Origin: Macrostomum lignano | Lineage: Eukaryota | Reading direction: 5' to 3' | Assembly (NCBI GenBank): GCA_002269645.1 | Contig: NIVC01001411.1 | Span: 1 to 64,000 of the forward strand | Length of the DNA stretch: 64,000 bases | Shown here: piece after piece, positions 35,931 to 46,800 of the stretch | Numbering within the stretch: position 1 is the first letter of the stretch | Layout of the letters: every line of letters starts with the position of its first letter | Notes under the pieces: generated by a model | Seen by the model: only the letters and a program-made list of their open reading frames with translations | Database searches by the model: none | Told to the model about the DNA's origin: nothing | Position numbers and translations under genes: made by a program

Positions 35931-36701
35931 TCAATCCTTCTTTGCAGACTTAGGTTTCGGCGCATCATAGGGAGCAAGGCCGCGAAGGGGCCGCATACGG
36001 CGCCTGCCTACTCTCATCAGCTCCACCGGAAGTGGTGGCGGACTGGGGGGCATGTCGATGGAAAAAAAGTTTGGCGCCTGGATAATCGGACGATGCCGAT
36101 GGCGCCCATGGCGCTGCTGGCGCTGGTCGCGAACTTCGGCGGGCAGGTTGGCGTACCAGGCTTCACAGTCTGGGCAAGTTTGCGCAGGAAGGCGCTGCCT
36201 GTCATACCGCCGGCGTGAGTCGAACGTCGGCGGCGGCTCGTCCGGAAGCCTATTGTAGTCAGCAGCGTACTGCTTGCGTACTTGCGTACTTGCGTCAACT
36301 TGCGTACTGCTAGCGACTGGCGTCGGACGGCGGAGCTCTGAGGGCGACAGGACTAATTCCTGGATCTCCTCCTGCGCAACTGCATCTTCGGACTCCACGG
36401 CTTGTGGAGACGAGTCCCAGGCCTGACTGTCCAACTGCTGGACATGGGCGACCGGTGAGCCTAGAGTAGTATGTGTGTCGTCCGACTCGACCTCCGAATC
36501 TACCTGGGCGGCGGGTGAGCCTAGAGTAGTATGTGTGTCGTCCGACTCGACCTCCGAATCTACGGAATCTCCTAGTAGCTTATCAACCCCTTCGCCGATA
36601 AGTCCGTCCAAAATCAAGGACCAGTCTGGAGTCCCGGATAATTGACCCGTGCGCCGGGACATGTAGCTGAAGTGTAAGGCGGTGGAACCCTTTGTACTCA
36701 T
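35931..36701 (-). CDS. Transposon-borne protein with CtIP/Sae2 C-terminal domain, 256 aa
   Basis: aa 163-218 RRRYDRQRLPAQTCPDCEAWYANLPAEVRDQRQQRHGRHRHRPIIQAPNFFSIDMP aligns with human CtIP [58 protein letters not shown] (CxxC and RHR motifs). The acidic N-terminal part contains a 60-bp duplication (DSEVESDDTHTTLGSP x2). Confidence 0.82.
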   Translation of the reverse strand: MSTKGSTALHFSYMSRRTGQLSGTPDWSLILDGLIGEGVDKLLGDSVDSEVESDDTHTTLGSPAAQVDSEVESDDTHTTLGSPVAHVQQLDSQAWDSSPQAVESEDAVAQEEIQELVLSPSELRRPTPVASSTQVDASTQVRKQYAADYNRLPDEPPPTFDSRRRYDRQRLPAQTCPDCEAWYANLPAEVRDQRQQRHGRHRHRPIIQAPNFFSIDMPPSPPPLPVELMRVGRRRMRPLRGLAPYDAPKPKSAKKD

Positions 36702-37337
36702 ACGTGCTAAGCAATTACTTGAACAACCGTTTGCAACCCGTTAGTGCATGTACAAGAGGGCTGCAGAAAAGAGGAAAAACGTATACATAGTTACAGTGCA
36801 GCGGCAAATACAACTGTATTTCTAATTAATCAGTTATACACATACGTATACGTAAGTAAACCAAACATTCAGTAATATGGAAACCGGTAAGGTATGAAAT
36901 AGTACTGCACCATTCGTGCAGACGTATCAATAATAATTTAAGTGATTATGAAATTATACTGCCTCATGTGTAATGTTTGCGAAACGAAATATTTATTATA
37001 TAATGAGATAATTAGTAGAACAATTTCAGTGCAGCTGACGTCTTCAATTATATACTCGAGTATTGGGGGATCACAAGCTGAGAGGAAACAAATTCCAAAT
37101 TTGCCTCTAAATTAGCTAAAGAGTTGAGAGCGCGACACAAGAATCATCGATGAAACAAAATCGTCCGACATGCAAAAAAAGCGACAGTCGCCACAATATT
37201 ATAAAGGGAATTATGTGCTTGAAATGAAAATTTTACACTACTTTCATGGACCGCTATTTTCAATTCCATTGATATTATACTTATACTATTGAGGCGGTGA
37301 TGATTAAACAGAAGCAACAGCTAATTAATACTGGAAG

Positions 37338-40162
37338 CTACTGGAAGCCGATCTGCGGGTGTGGCATAACGCATATTTTTGTGTCCGAAACGACGCACGA
37401 CCCAACGATGGCAGTGGCGTGAACTCGAACGGTGCGCTCATGTGGTAACGGACCGAATGGATTGACTAAGAGGCCTCGGATGTGCGCAAATCTGGCACCT
37501 CGGTTCTCCGAGTTGGCATGTACGGCACACAAGGCCTCCAGTGGGTCCACGACAGCGTCCTGTACGGGTAGGATGTGAAGGTTGACATACACCTCATCGT
37601 TGTCGCACTCGATTGCTAGAACGCGGCCGAACTGAAAGCTCGTCGGCTGGCATCCGGCAATGGCTACAAAGGCAGATGACGCCCGCGTCTCAATCTCCGG
37701 TAGATACTCCTCGAAATACAACCCTGACGGGAGAGACGCCGAACGCCAGCCGTGGGCCATGTTGTTAGGACGCCGTAGTAGAATGCCAGACGCCGCGCGC
37801 ATGCATGTCGTTCTGTGCCGCGCGCGTGGCTGCTGGTCGTTGTCGCGGAGAAGCTCCTCAGCCTGCATGACTGCCAGCTCGCGCTCAACGGCTCCGACAA
37901 TCTCCACATCCGTGCGGCGGGACCCGTGAATCTGGCGACGCAGTCTGGTATGCATCGATTCAAACAGCCCGGCGGATTGACGGTTCAGAGGACCTGCCAG
38001 TATGGCATACGGCAGCATGTGGCAGCAGACTTGATGGGCGTTGTATGACAGAAATCGCAGCGAATAAAGGCGCGACAAGTTCGCGTGAAAGTGTCTCAGC
38101 CCGATTTCAACGTGGCGCAATTCTGCACGCGGCGCACCTTCTAAGGACATCCAGAAGATGCACGTGGAGAGGATTAAAATGTGCCAGTAGTGTTCCTCTG
38201 GCAGGAAGTCATCAAGGACGAAAGGCGCGAACGCCAACAACCACATTGCGTATTCGTGGCCGCGCATGTGTCTGATGTCCTTGAGAAGCCTGACAGTGTG
38301 ACGCTGAACAGTGCGAGGAACGCGAATGCGCCGAAGACGCTGGTCGATGTGGCTCAGCCGCGCGTGCAGGTCCGGACAATTTGTGGCGCCTCGATCCGGT
38401 TTTTCATGACGCACGAGGAACAGCTGGTACAAAATATTGCGTACCAGGCCGGAGCACAACTGGTGCAGGAAACACGGTGGACAGCCGCGGACAAAGTCAA
38501 ACCCGTGCAGTCGAGACAGCGGTGACAGGCCACGGACACCGAGGACGTCAGTCCGAATGTCGCCACCCTGCTGTGCGTGCTGCTCAGCGAGAGTGTGAGT
38601 GTCGCTGGTCGACCGCACTACAGTCTGAACGCATCCTAGACGTCTGGCCTGATTAAGCATCGCGTCAGTAACCCCGACGCCGTAGACTCGTCCATGGCCT
38701 GATGGATGCAATGATGTCCGGATGTAGCACTTCTCGCATCCGTAGATAGCCGAAAAACGCTTCATGCACAGAGCGTCCGCTCTCGCTGGAGCGTCGAACA
38801 GCGCCATTAGCGGATGCAGATGCAATCGACGCTGAACCCCGAGGCTGTCGATATACTGTACACCATCGAAGCGCAGAGTATTCAGTGCATTTACGACGAT
38901 TGGCAGAAAGGCGGCGGCATGGACCTTTTTCTTGCCGGCCCACACGCCACACTTCATCACGAATCGGAGCTTCAGCCGCTCGTGCACTTCGTTAATACTC
39001 AGATAGACGGGGCACACCTCGACATTGCTAGTGCAGAAAAGAGGAAATCCGTCTGCACAGATGGTGTATGTAAGGTCGCTCCGAGTCTCGGGTTCGATGT
39101 TCTCGAGAAACGACTTGTACAGTTCGCTGTTGGCAAAGTGCAGCTTCTCTTCGTCCAGTGCAAGCCGTTCAATCGGAAATGTTACGCTCTGTAGAAGACC
39201 GCGAGATTCAACGAATGTTCGGATCTGCGCAGGTATATCGAATAACCAGAAGTTGGCCACATTTTCCGACGTACAGTGCGCACAATTAGAGTTTCCTGGA
39301 TCGCAGCGCTGCTCGGAATGTAGATAACAGTCGTTGCAGACAGTGTAACATGTTGACGACCCCGAGATTGTTCCCCTCTTCTTCAAAGTTTCACGCAATG
39401 TTCGTCCGTGCTGAGGAAGGCGGTTGTCGGGTACTAGCCTGTGCAGTAGTGAAAGCAGCCTTGTCGTCCCGCTAACTGTCAGGTTCAGTTTCCTCGCGCA
39501 GGAGCTGACCTCACAAATCGCCTCTCCGAGCGAAACGGGCAGAGCGTCGTGCCAATTGACTCCTGGAAACCCCGGGACGTCCTCGTCGTTGTCGGAGTCT
39601 GTGCTCTGGCCGTCATCAGACTGCGAACCTGGGAGGAATATATTGTGTGTGGTGAGCGTAGTGCGCATGTGTTCGGTGGACAGTGTGAGTGCAACGTGCA
39701 GGTAACACAAAAGTATCAAACATGAGCCATTGGGATGGATCCACAATCCACGATAAGCCAACTCTCTGACTGGGACTCACCACTAGAGGAAGAATCCCCG
39801 TCCGAAGTGCTGTCAGAGCTCGACACCGGGTCCCCATTGCGGCCATCGGCCTGTGCGCCACCGTCGTCGGACTCTGGATTGTCTATAGGCAGGTATACAG
39901 ACTGCTCATCTCGAGATCGAGATACTGTAGATGTAGAGGCGGATCCGCTTGCAGCTGCGACGACTGCAGCAGTCCCACTGGTGCCTGCGCCGCCGGACTG
40001 GACTTCGCCGGAGTCGACATCTGCAGAAGTTCCTGCGGTTGGACGCAGAGGTGATCGCGAACCTTCTTGTTGACTATTTGAATTGGCCAACGCACGCTGC
40101 CGCATGTACTCTCGCATGTACTGCCTCCGCTGTAACCGCGGCGGTAAATCTGAATTGTCCAT
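37338..40162 (-). CDS. EnSpm/CACTA-type DDE transposase; exons 40162-39781 and 39628-37338, ~890 aa
   Basis: Uninterrupted frame with a zinc-finger-like C-x2-C...C-x2-C, CADGF (D1), FDAPAR (D2), GCEKC, CFLH (C/DxxH), RVPRTVQR, YNAHQVCCH, GPL and LFESM (E). A strong GTGAGT donor (39780) and CCTCCCAG acceptor (39629), both phase 1, join the Ser-rich ORF 39716-40162 to the main ORF. Confidence 0.9.
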
Positions 40163-41029
40163 GCAGTTTGCGAGTCGTGCAGTACTGAAAGAGATTGGGT
40201 TGGTTTATGATGTCTAGATGCGCATATTCACTGTAGCACTATCTGCTGTGTGACCTATTCATCTATCCACGTATAGAATGGACGACATGTTTCTGAATTT
40301 CTGAATTTCAGTAACAACTCGGACGAGACCAATTTTGTCCAACAATACCCGCTGTTTCCAAGACCTCTATGATCCCTATCTAACATAGTGTACTATCTAA
40401 TGTGTTGCACACATGCAAAAGATGCGAAGGCATCGAACAACATCGAAGTCTCCCATCAAAATCAGAACGTGGGAAATGTCATACGGAGAAGTATATTTTT
40501 CTGTAGAACTTGGAGCATAAGAAATAGAACACGTTGTGCTGCTGTTTCTGGAACATGTGTTACAAACTGTGGGCATACAAGTAGGAGAAAGGTGCCATTT
40601 TCCACTATTCAATTCCACGTGCTCCACTATCACCCGGAAACATATCCGCTCTTCGTCCGGTTGTTAGGCGGGCGACAGCCCGGATTAAAATGCGGATGAC
40701 TTTCCGGACGACAGTGACAATTCATCCGGCTAGTCATCCGTAAAGTCATCCGACGCTTCATCCGGTTTTTGTCCGGGTAAACAAGCGGATATAATTCCGG
40801 ACTAAAATGGACAAATTAAGTAAAAAAATCACCACTTTGTCCGGCTCTGATCCGGAAACTGGCCCGCTACTTTGTCCGGCAGCTTAAACCGGATGAATAC
40901 CGGACGAAAAGCTGCATTTGTCCGGAATCGACCACCAAACGCGGACCAATGCGGACGACGGCCGGACGACAACCGGATCGGCTATCCAGGCGGGAAGGTT
41001 ATGTGATGCGGCTTCTGACTTTAGAAGTG

Positions 41030-41350
41030 GTCTTCTCTCCCTGTCCTCTCCCTGTCGTCCTGTCCTCGTCTCCCTGTCCTCTTCTCCCTGTCCTCTTCTC
41101 CCTGTCCTCTCCCTGTCCTCTTCTCCCTGTCCTCTTCTCCCTGTCCTCTTCTCCCTGTCCTCTTCTCCCTGTCCTCTCCCTGTCCTCTTCTCCCTGTCCT
41201 CTTCTCCCTGTCCTCTTCTCCCTGTCCTCTTCTCCCTGTCCTCTTCTCCCTGTCCTCTTCTCCCTGTCCTCTTCTCCCTGTCCTCTTCTCCCTGTCCTCT
41301 TCTCCCTGTCCTCTTCTCCCTGTCCTTCCCTCCCTGTCCTCTTTTCCCTG
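41030..41350 (+). repeat. 14-bp pyrimidine repeat (ctccctgtcctctt)
   Basis: About 20 units. Confidence 0.95.
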
Positions 41351-42479
41351 TATTTTGGTTATTACTATTTTTAGCCATATTTTTCCAGAGTGCGTTTAGA
41401 TTAATTATTGTGTTAGGATTTCAAAATAGGTCAAAATAGTTAGGCGCAATTCCAGAACCAGTTTGGCCAAAGCCGAGGGGTCGACGCGGCTTGCAACTCA
41501 TCGATGTACCCCGGCTTAACGCGGCCAGCCAATCAGATTCGGCCTGAGAACGCGCCGCCGCTCCAGTGCAATCGGAATTACTGACCGGCCAGTCAGACAC
41601 CCACCACCCGGCTTGAGTCTTTTTCGTGTTGCCCGTCTCACCATCATCTGAGCAGCGAAGATACCGTTGCAATCTCCTTTCTTTGCCCCCAGCCCGACCA
41701 CATTCCGCCTGCCGATTAGGCAGCTTTCGGCGTTCTGCGTCTTGAGAGTGCGCCGCTGGTCAAGCGTGGTCTAGATAGGCGACTGTTGTTGTGAAGTCAG
41801 TACGTGCTCTGTTCGGAGACTCCGCCATCTGGCAGAAGGAGTGCCAACCTATAGGAATTTGTCGGCGCAGCGCTGACAGCTGAGACAACAGGAGCCTCGT
41901 CCATAAAGTAGCGCCCCGAATTAGGCCAGAATTAGGAAAACTTCGCAGCGTTCCTTTTAGCCGTTTCTCCCCGGTTTTAATAATCTCTATCTGCCGCGTC
42001 AGTCTTTACTTATCGTGAGATCTACCAGTAAAACCAGAAGATCTTGGCAAGCCCTACAGTGTACTGTGTCTCCCCGTTCGTGGGAATTAATCATGAGTCA
42101 CCGCGTTTTATCGCTAATTTTAGCATCTTGGCCAGTCAGTCAATCAAGTCATCAGAAGAGAAGGGCTCTTTGTGGTCTTACTTAAGTTTAGAGCTTGTTT
42201 GTAACCTGACCAAATCCTCTCAGAACAGCTTCTGCATCAAATGGTCTCAGCATAGCTTGGCCATAGAGAAATTTCCGATCCTTTTTCCATGGAGTCTTCT
42301 GCATACAGGGTGTGGAAAATTGATTGCCTCAGTTGGAAAACTGATTGCGACTTTAAGCCACTTTTGTTTGGGCCATAGACTACTTTGACTAAGCGAAGCC
42401 ACCGAGTCTCTGTATACTTTTGAAAGCTCAGAGGGAAAATTGACTGTCCTATTTGCCGTATCGCAATTGCATTCATCAC

Positions 42480-43445
42480 ACTCTCCTTCCCTCCCTGTCC
42501 TTCCCTCCCTGTCCTTCCCTCCCTGTCCTTCCCTCCCTGTCCTTCCCTCCCTGTCCTTCCCTCCCTGTCCTTCCCTCCCTGTCCTTCCCTCCCTGTCCTT
42601 CCCTCCCTGTCCTTCCCTCCCTGTCCTTCCCTCCCTGTCCTTCCCTCCCTGTCCTTCCCTCCCTGTCCTTCCCTCCCTGTCCTTCCCTCCCTCTGTCCTT
42701 CCCTCCCTGTCCTTCCCTCCCTGTCCTTCCCTCCCTCTGTCCTTCCCTCCCTGTCCTTCCTTCCCTGTACTTCCCTCCCTGTCCTTCCTTCCCTGTACTT
42801 CCCTCCCTGTCCTTCCCTCCCTGTCCTTCCCTGTGTCCTTCCCTTCCTGTCCTTCCCTCCCTGTCCTTCCCTCCCTGTCCTTCCCTCCCTGTACTTCCCT
42901 CCCTGTCCTTCCCTCCCTGTCCTTCCTTCCCTGTACTTCCCTCCCTGTACTTCCCTCCCTGTCCTTCCCTCCCTGTCCTTCCCTCCCTGTCCTTCCCTCC
43001 CTGTCCTTCCCTCCCTGTCCTTCCCTCCCTCTGTCCTTCCCTCCCTGTCCTTCCCTCCCTCTGTCCTTCCCTCCCTGTCCTTCCCTCCCTGTCCTTCCCT
43101 CCCTCTGTCCTTCCTTCCCTGTCCTTCCCTCCCTGTCCTTCCCTCCCTGTCCTTCCCTCCCTCTGTCCTTCCCTGTGTCCTTCCCTTCCTGTCCTTCCCT
43201 CCCTGTCCTTCCCTCCCTGTCCTTCCCTCCCTGTACTTCCCTCCCTGTCCTTCCCTCCCTGTCCTTCCTTCCCTGTACTTCCCTCCCTGTACTTCCCTCC
43301 CTGTCCTTCCCTCCCTGTACTTCCCTCCCTGTCCTTCCCTCCCTGTCCTTCCCTCCCTGTCCTTCCCTCCCTGTACTTCCCTCCCTGTCCTTCCCTCCCT
43401 GTCCTTCCCTCCCTGTCCTTCCCTCCCTGTCCTTCCCTCTCTGTT
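42480..43445 (+). repeat. 14-bp pyrimidine repeat (ccctccctgtcctt)
   Basis: About 65 units. Confidence 0.97.
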
Positions 43446-43800
43446 CTCTTCAATAAAAGAAAGGAAGCAGTACGAACAACAGGACTTTTTATAAGTAGTT
43501 GTTATTCGCTCATAAAGCTAGAGTAAAAGTCATCCTTGCGCAGTGTAAAACTAAAATGAAACATGCTTTGCGGAAATATTTGCTTCAAGTAAGCAGGAAT
43601 GTATTATTGGCTTTTATTAAGACATTTGAGGTGCTTTAAAAGTGTGGCAACTAAAAGTTCATTCTTTAGTGGAGGTGAAGTTAGCAAGTATAATTTGCAT
43701 AGAGAATATTCGATGAAAGTTAAGCAAAGATATTACGGCAAAGTGATTGGCAATTTTGAAGAGAAAAGCGTAAAAACTAAACCTCCCGACAAACATTCCG

Positions 43801-46800
43801 TCAAATATCTGTGGAGCCGCCGCCTCCCCCAGGAATCGAGTGCAGGGAGCCACCCGCGTTGAAGCCGGGGTTCGAGTGGCTCTCTCTGTTCGCACTGGCG
43901 ACTCGCCCTCCATCACGTCTCTACAATATACAATATACGGGAAAGTCTTAGCAGCTGTCCCGGTTTATCGGTGAAGAAGCAGTTTTTATGGGAGGCTGAA
44001 GGCTTCGTGAGAGTAAAAATTTTAATTTACTTACCTGCGCTGCTGAATCCAAGTTTTGGAACTCCTGCTCGCTGGGGAAAACATCCGTGTACTTTATCAG
44101 CTTCACCGGATCGAGGTAGAAGTGTCGCAGAGCGCCAAGTTTCTCCAGGTAGGACGCCATCAACAGCCGGTGACTGTATATTAGAGAAGGCGTAAATTTT
44201 GTTTGAATTGGGAAAATCAGAGACTACAAGGACCGCTAGAAGCAACAGGGTAAAAGAAGTTTCTCAAGACTGAAGGTTGAAGGAGCTTTTATAATGCGCA
44301 GAAATTTTAATGAATGCACAAAAACAATTCTGAAAATTCTTGTACTCGTATCGTAATACAGGCTCAAATGTTCGAGTGCATGTTCGTACCAACCTCATTC
44401 AGACTTCATGCGCATTGCGCTCTTCATGAACTCTTAATGAAATATGTAAATTTTGTGCGCAGTGAAATTTTGCAGCTGACCTGCCAATGACCAAGGCGGA
44501 ATGCTGACCTGCCAATGACCAAGGCGGAATGCTGACCTGCCAATGACCAAGGCGGAATGCTGACCTGCCATTATCTAAGGCGGAATGCTGACCTGCCAAT
44601 GACCAAGGCGGAATGCTGACCTGCCAATGACCAAGGCGGAATGCTGACCTGCCATTATCTAAGGCGGAATGCTGACCTGCCAATGACCAAGGCGGAATGC
44701 TGACATGCCAATGACCAAGGTGGAATGCTGACCTGCCAATGACCAAGTTGGAATGCTGACCTGCCATTATCTAAGGCGGAATGCTGACCTGCCAATGACC
44801 AAGGCGGAATGCTGACCTGCCAATGACCAAGGCGGAATGCTGACCTGCCAATGACCAAGGCGGAATGCTGACCTGCCAATGACCAAGGCGGAATGCTGAC
44901 CTGCCAATGATCAAGGTGGAATGAGACTTTTTGATTTTGTATTTTAAAAGCATTTATTTATTTCCCGTCGCCTCCCCAACGACGGGCGAAGATTGCTAGT
45001 TTCGTCTAATTTTATAAACCGTTATACCCACCTGGGCAGTGCCGGTCCCCACTTGTAGGACGGAATCGACAGGCCGAGCAGCCGCTGCTTCCACGGAGTA
45101 CCCGAGGGCTCCATGAACAGCTTTAGCAGCCCGGTGCCGAAAATGATGAGCACGGTGGCGATGGCGATCAGCCAGCCGAGCGCGTCCGCCCAGCCGGGAT
45201 AAAAATCCCCGGCCCCCGCCGTGTACTCGCTCCGCCCGTAATCAACCCAGTTGAAGATGATGATTGCCATGATTAGTGCCGGCGAGATGTATTGCCACAG
45301 GTATCGCCAGATGGGCCTGAATGTGATCAATAAGGCTTAATTAGCGCCAAGACGCACTACACCTGAACCTTGAGTCGTACATTCAAAGTAGCAAGCCAGA
45401 ACCGCAAACTTACGAAATTGGCCTTTGCATAATGAGCCCGATGTCCTCGCTGAACCGGTGGAAATTCCCGAATCCGGGCCGGCCGTAGACCCAGCCGACT
45501 GTGACGCACTCGAAGAAGCCAATCAGCAGGATTGTCCAGCTGCCCGCGTAGCTGTCAACAATATTCATCAAGTAGAGGCCGCCCGAGCAGGTGAACGGCA
45601 GGCCCAGGAGGAACATCACCACGGAGACCACAGCAATTACTGGCGGCTTGTGCCGTCGGAGGCCGCGAAACTGGTCGCAGAGCGAAGTGATCAACGTCTC
45701 CACCATGGCGAACTGTGGTTGGGGCGTAGATGAATCGAATTTAAATTAAGAATACTTTTATTACTAATAAAATGCTATCGAAGTGTAGCGCGATAGTGAA
45801 CGCTTCCAATCTCCATTTACCGACTGTGATAATTAATAATAACCTACTAGCCTCGGTCACTGCAAGTAACTGCTAATGAGCTGCTAATCAATGAGCTACA
45901 ATGTTAGTAACACAACAAACCTGACTGTCCACTCCGAGATTGAGAATCATGAAGAAGAACAGAATGGCCCAGAAGGTGCTGCCAGGAAGCAACTTCATGG
46001 CTTCGGGGTAGATGATGAACGCCAGTCCGAATCCTACAATATAAAGTTATTCAGTTATTTAGAAACCGAACTAACCGAGGCATCGATATTTTTCTTGAAT
46101 GCAGACCTCAAAACTCACCTGACTGCGAAACGTCCTTGACGGGCACCTTCAGATTGCCAGCCAGGTGACCGATGAAGCTGAATATGACGAAGCCAGCGAA
46201 CACGCTCGTCAGGCAGTTGGCCGAAGTTACAAAGAACGTGTCCCGGATGACGTTGTTATGAAATCGATTGTAGCTGGAGAGCGACATCAGGCCGCCCCAG
46301 CTGCAGGACAGCGAGAAGAAGATCTGGCCAGCCGCGTCCTTCCAGACCCGAGCTTTGCCGAGCGCGCTGAAGTCCGGGACGATGTAGAACCGGATGCCCT
46401 CGATCGCGTTTTCCAGGGTGACCCCGCGGAAGAACAAGATCAGCAGGACCACGTAGGGAAACAGGGCGGTGAAGTACACCACCTTGCCGGATGACTTGAT
46501 GCCTTTGACCATGCAACAGTAGATGACAATCCACGAAAGCAGCAGGCACAATACCAGCTTCCAGTCCGGCGAGCCAAACTTGTTGATGTCGCTGCTGGTC
46601 TTCAAAACCTCGTGACTGTTGTGCATTGAAGGAGGATGTAGAGTTGCGTTAATGACGATCGCAGGAGCGCGTGGTTCCGCATATATTTCAACAATTAGTT
46701 TACAGGACGTAGATAAGAGTTCAGTTATTATCAAGATATGGTTTATTAAGAATGCCAAGTCAGATTGAAGACTTAAAAATGCAATCAAAATAATCCAATA

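Larger units (their letters stand above)
32446..40994 (-). mobile_element. Apparently complete EnSpm/CACTA (CMC)-type DNA transposon, 8,549 bp
   Basis: Terminal inverted repeats CCCGCCTGGATA (32446-57 and 40983-94, extendable to ~22 bp with TCCGG). AA on both flanks (32444-45, 40995-96) is a 2-bp TSD. About 16 CCGG-core motifs within ~370 bp of each end. Internal transposase plus two accessory genes. Confidence 0.9.

Noticed and set aside
35931-36701. Host CtIP/RBBP8 gene itself
   Set aside because: It lacks the N-terminal coiled coil and the CDK site, is intronless, and lies within TIRs with a TSD. Treated as transposon cargo pending a genome search.
42440-43526. Collagen-like or Pro-rich ORFs (also 40884-41439, 25834-26932, 3536-3853)
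   Set aside because: Artefacts of pyrimidine/purine tandem repeats.
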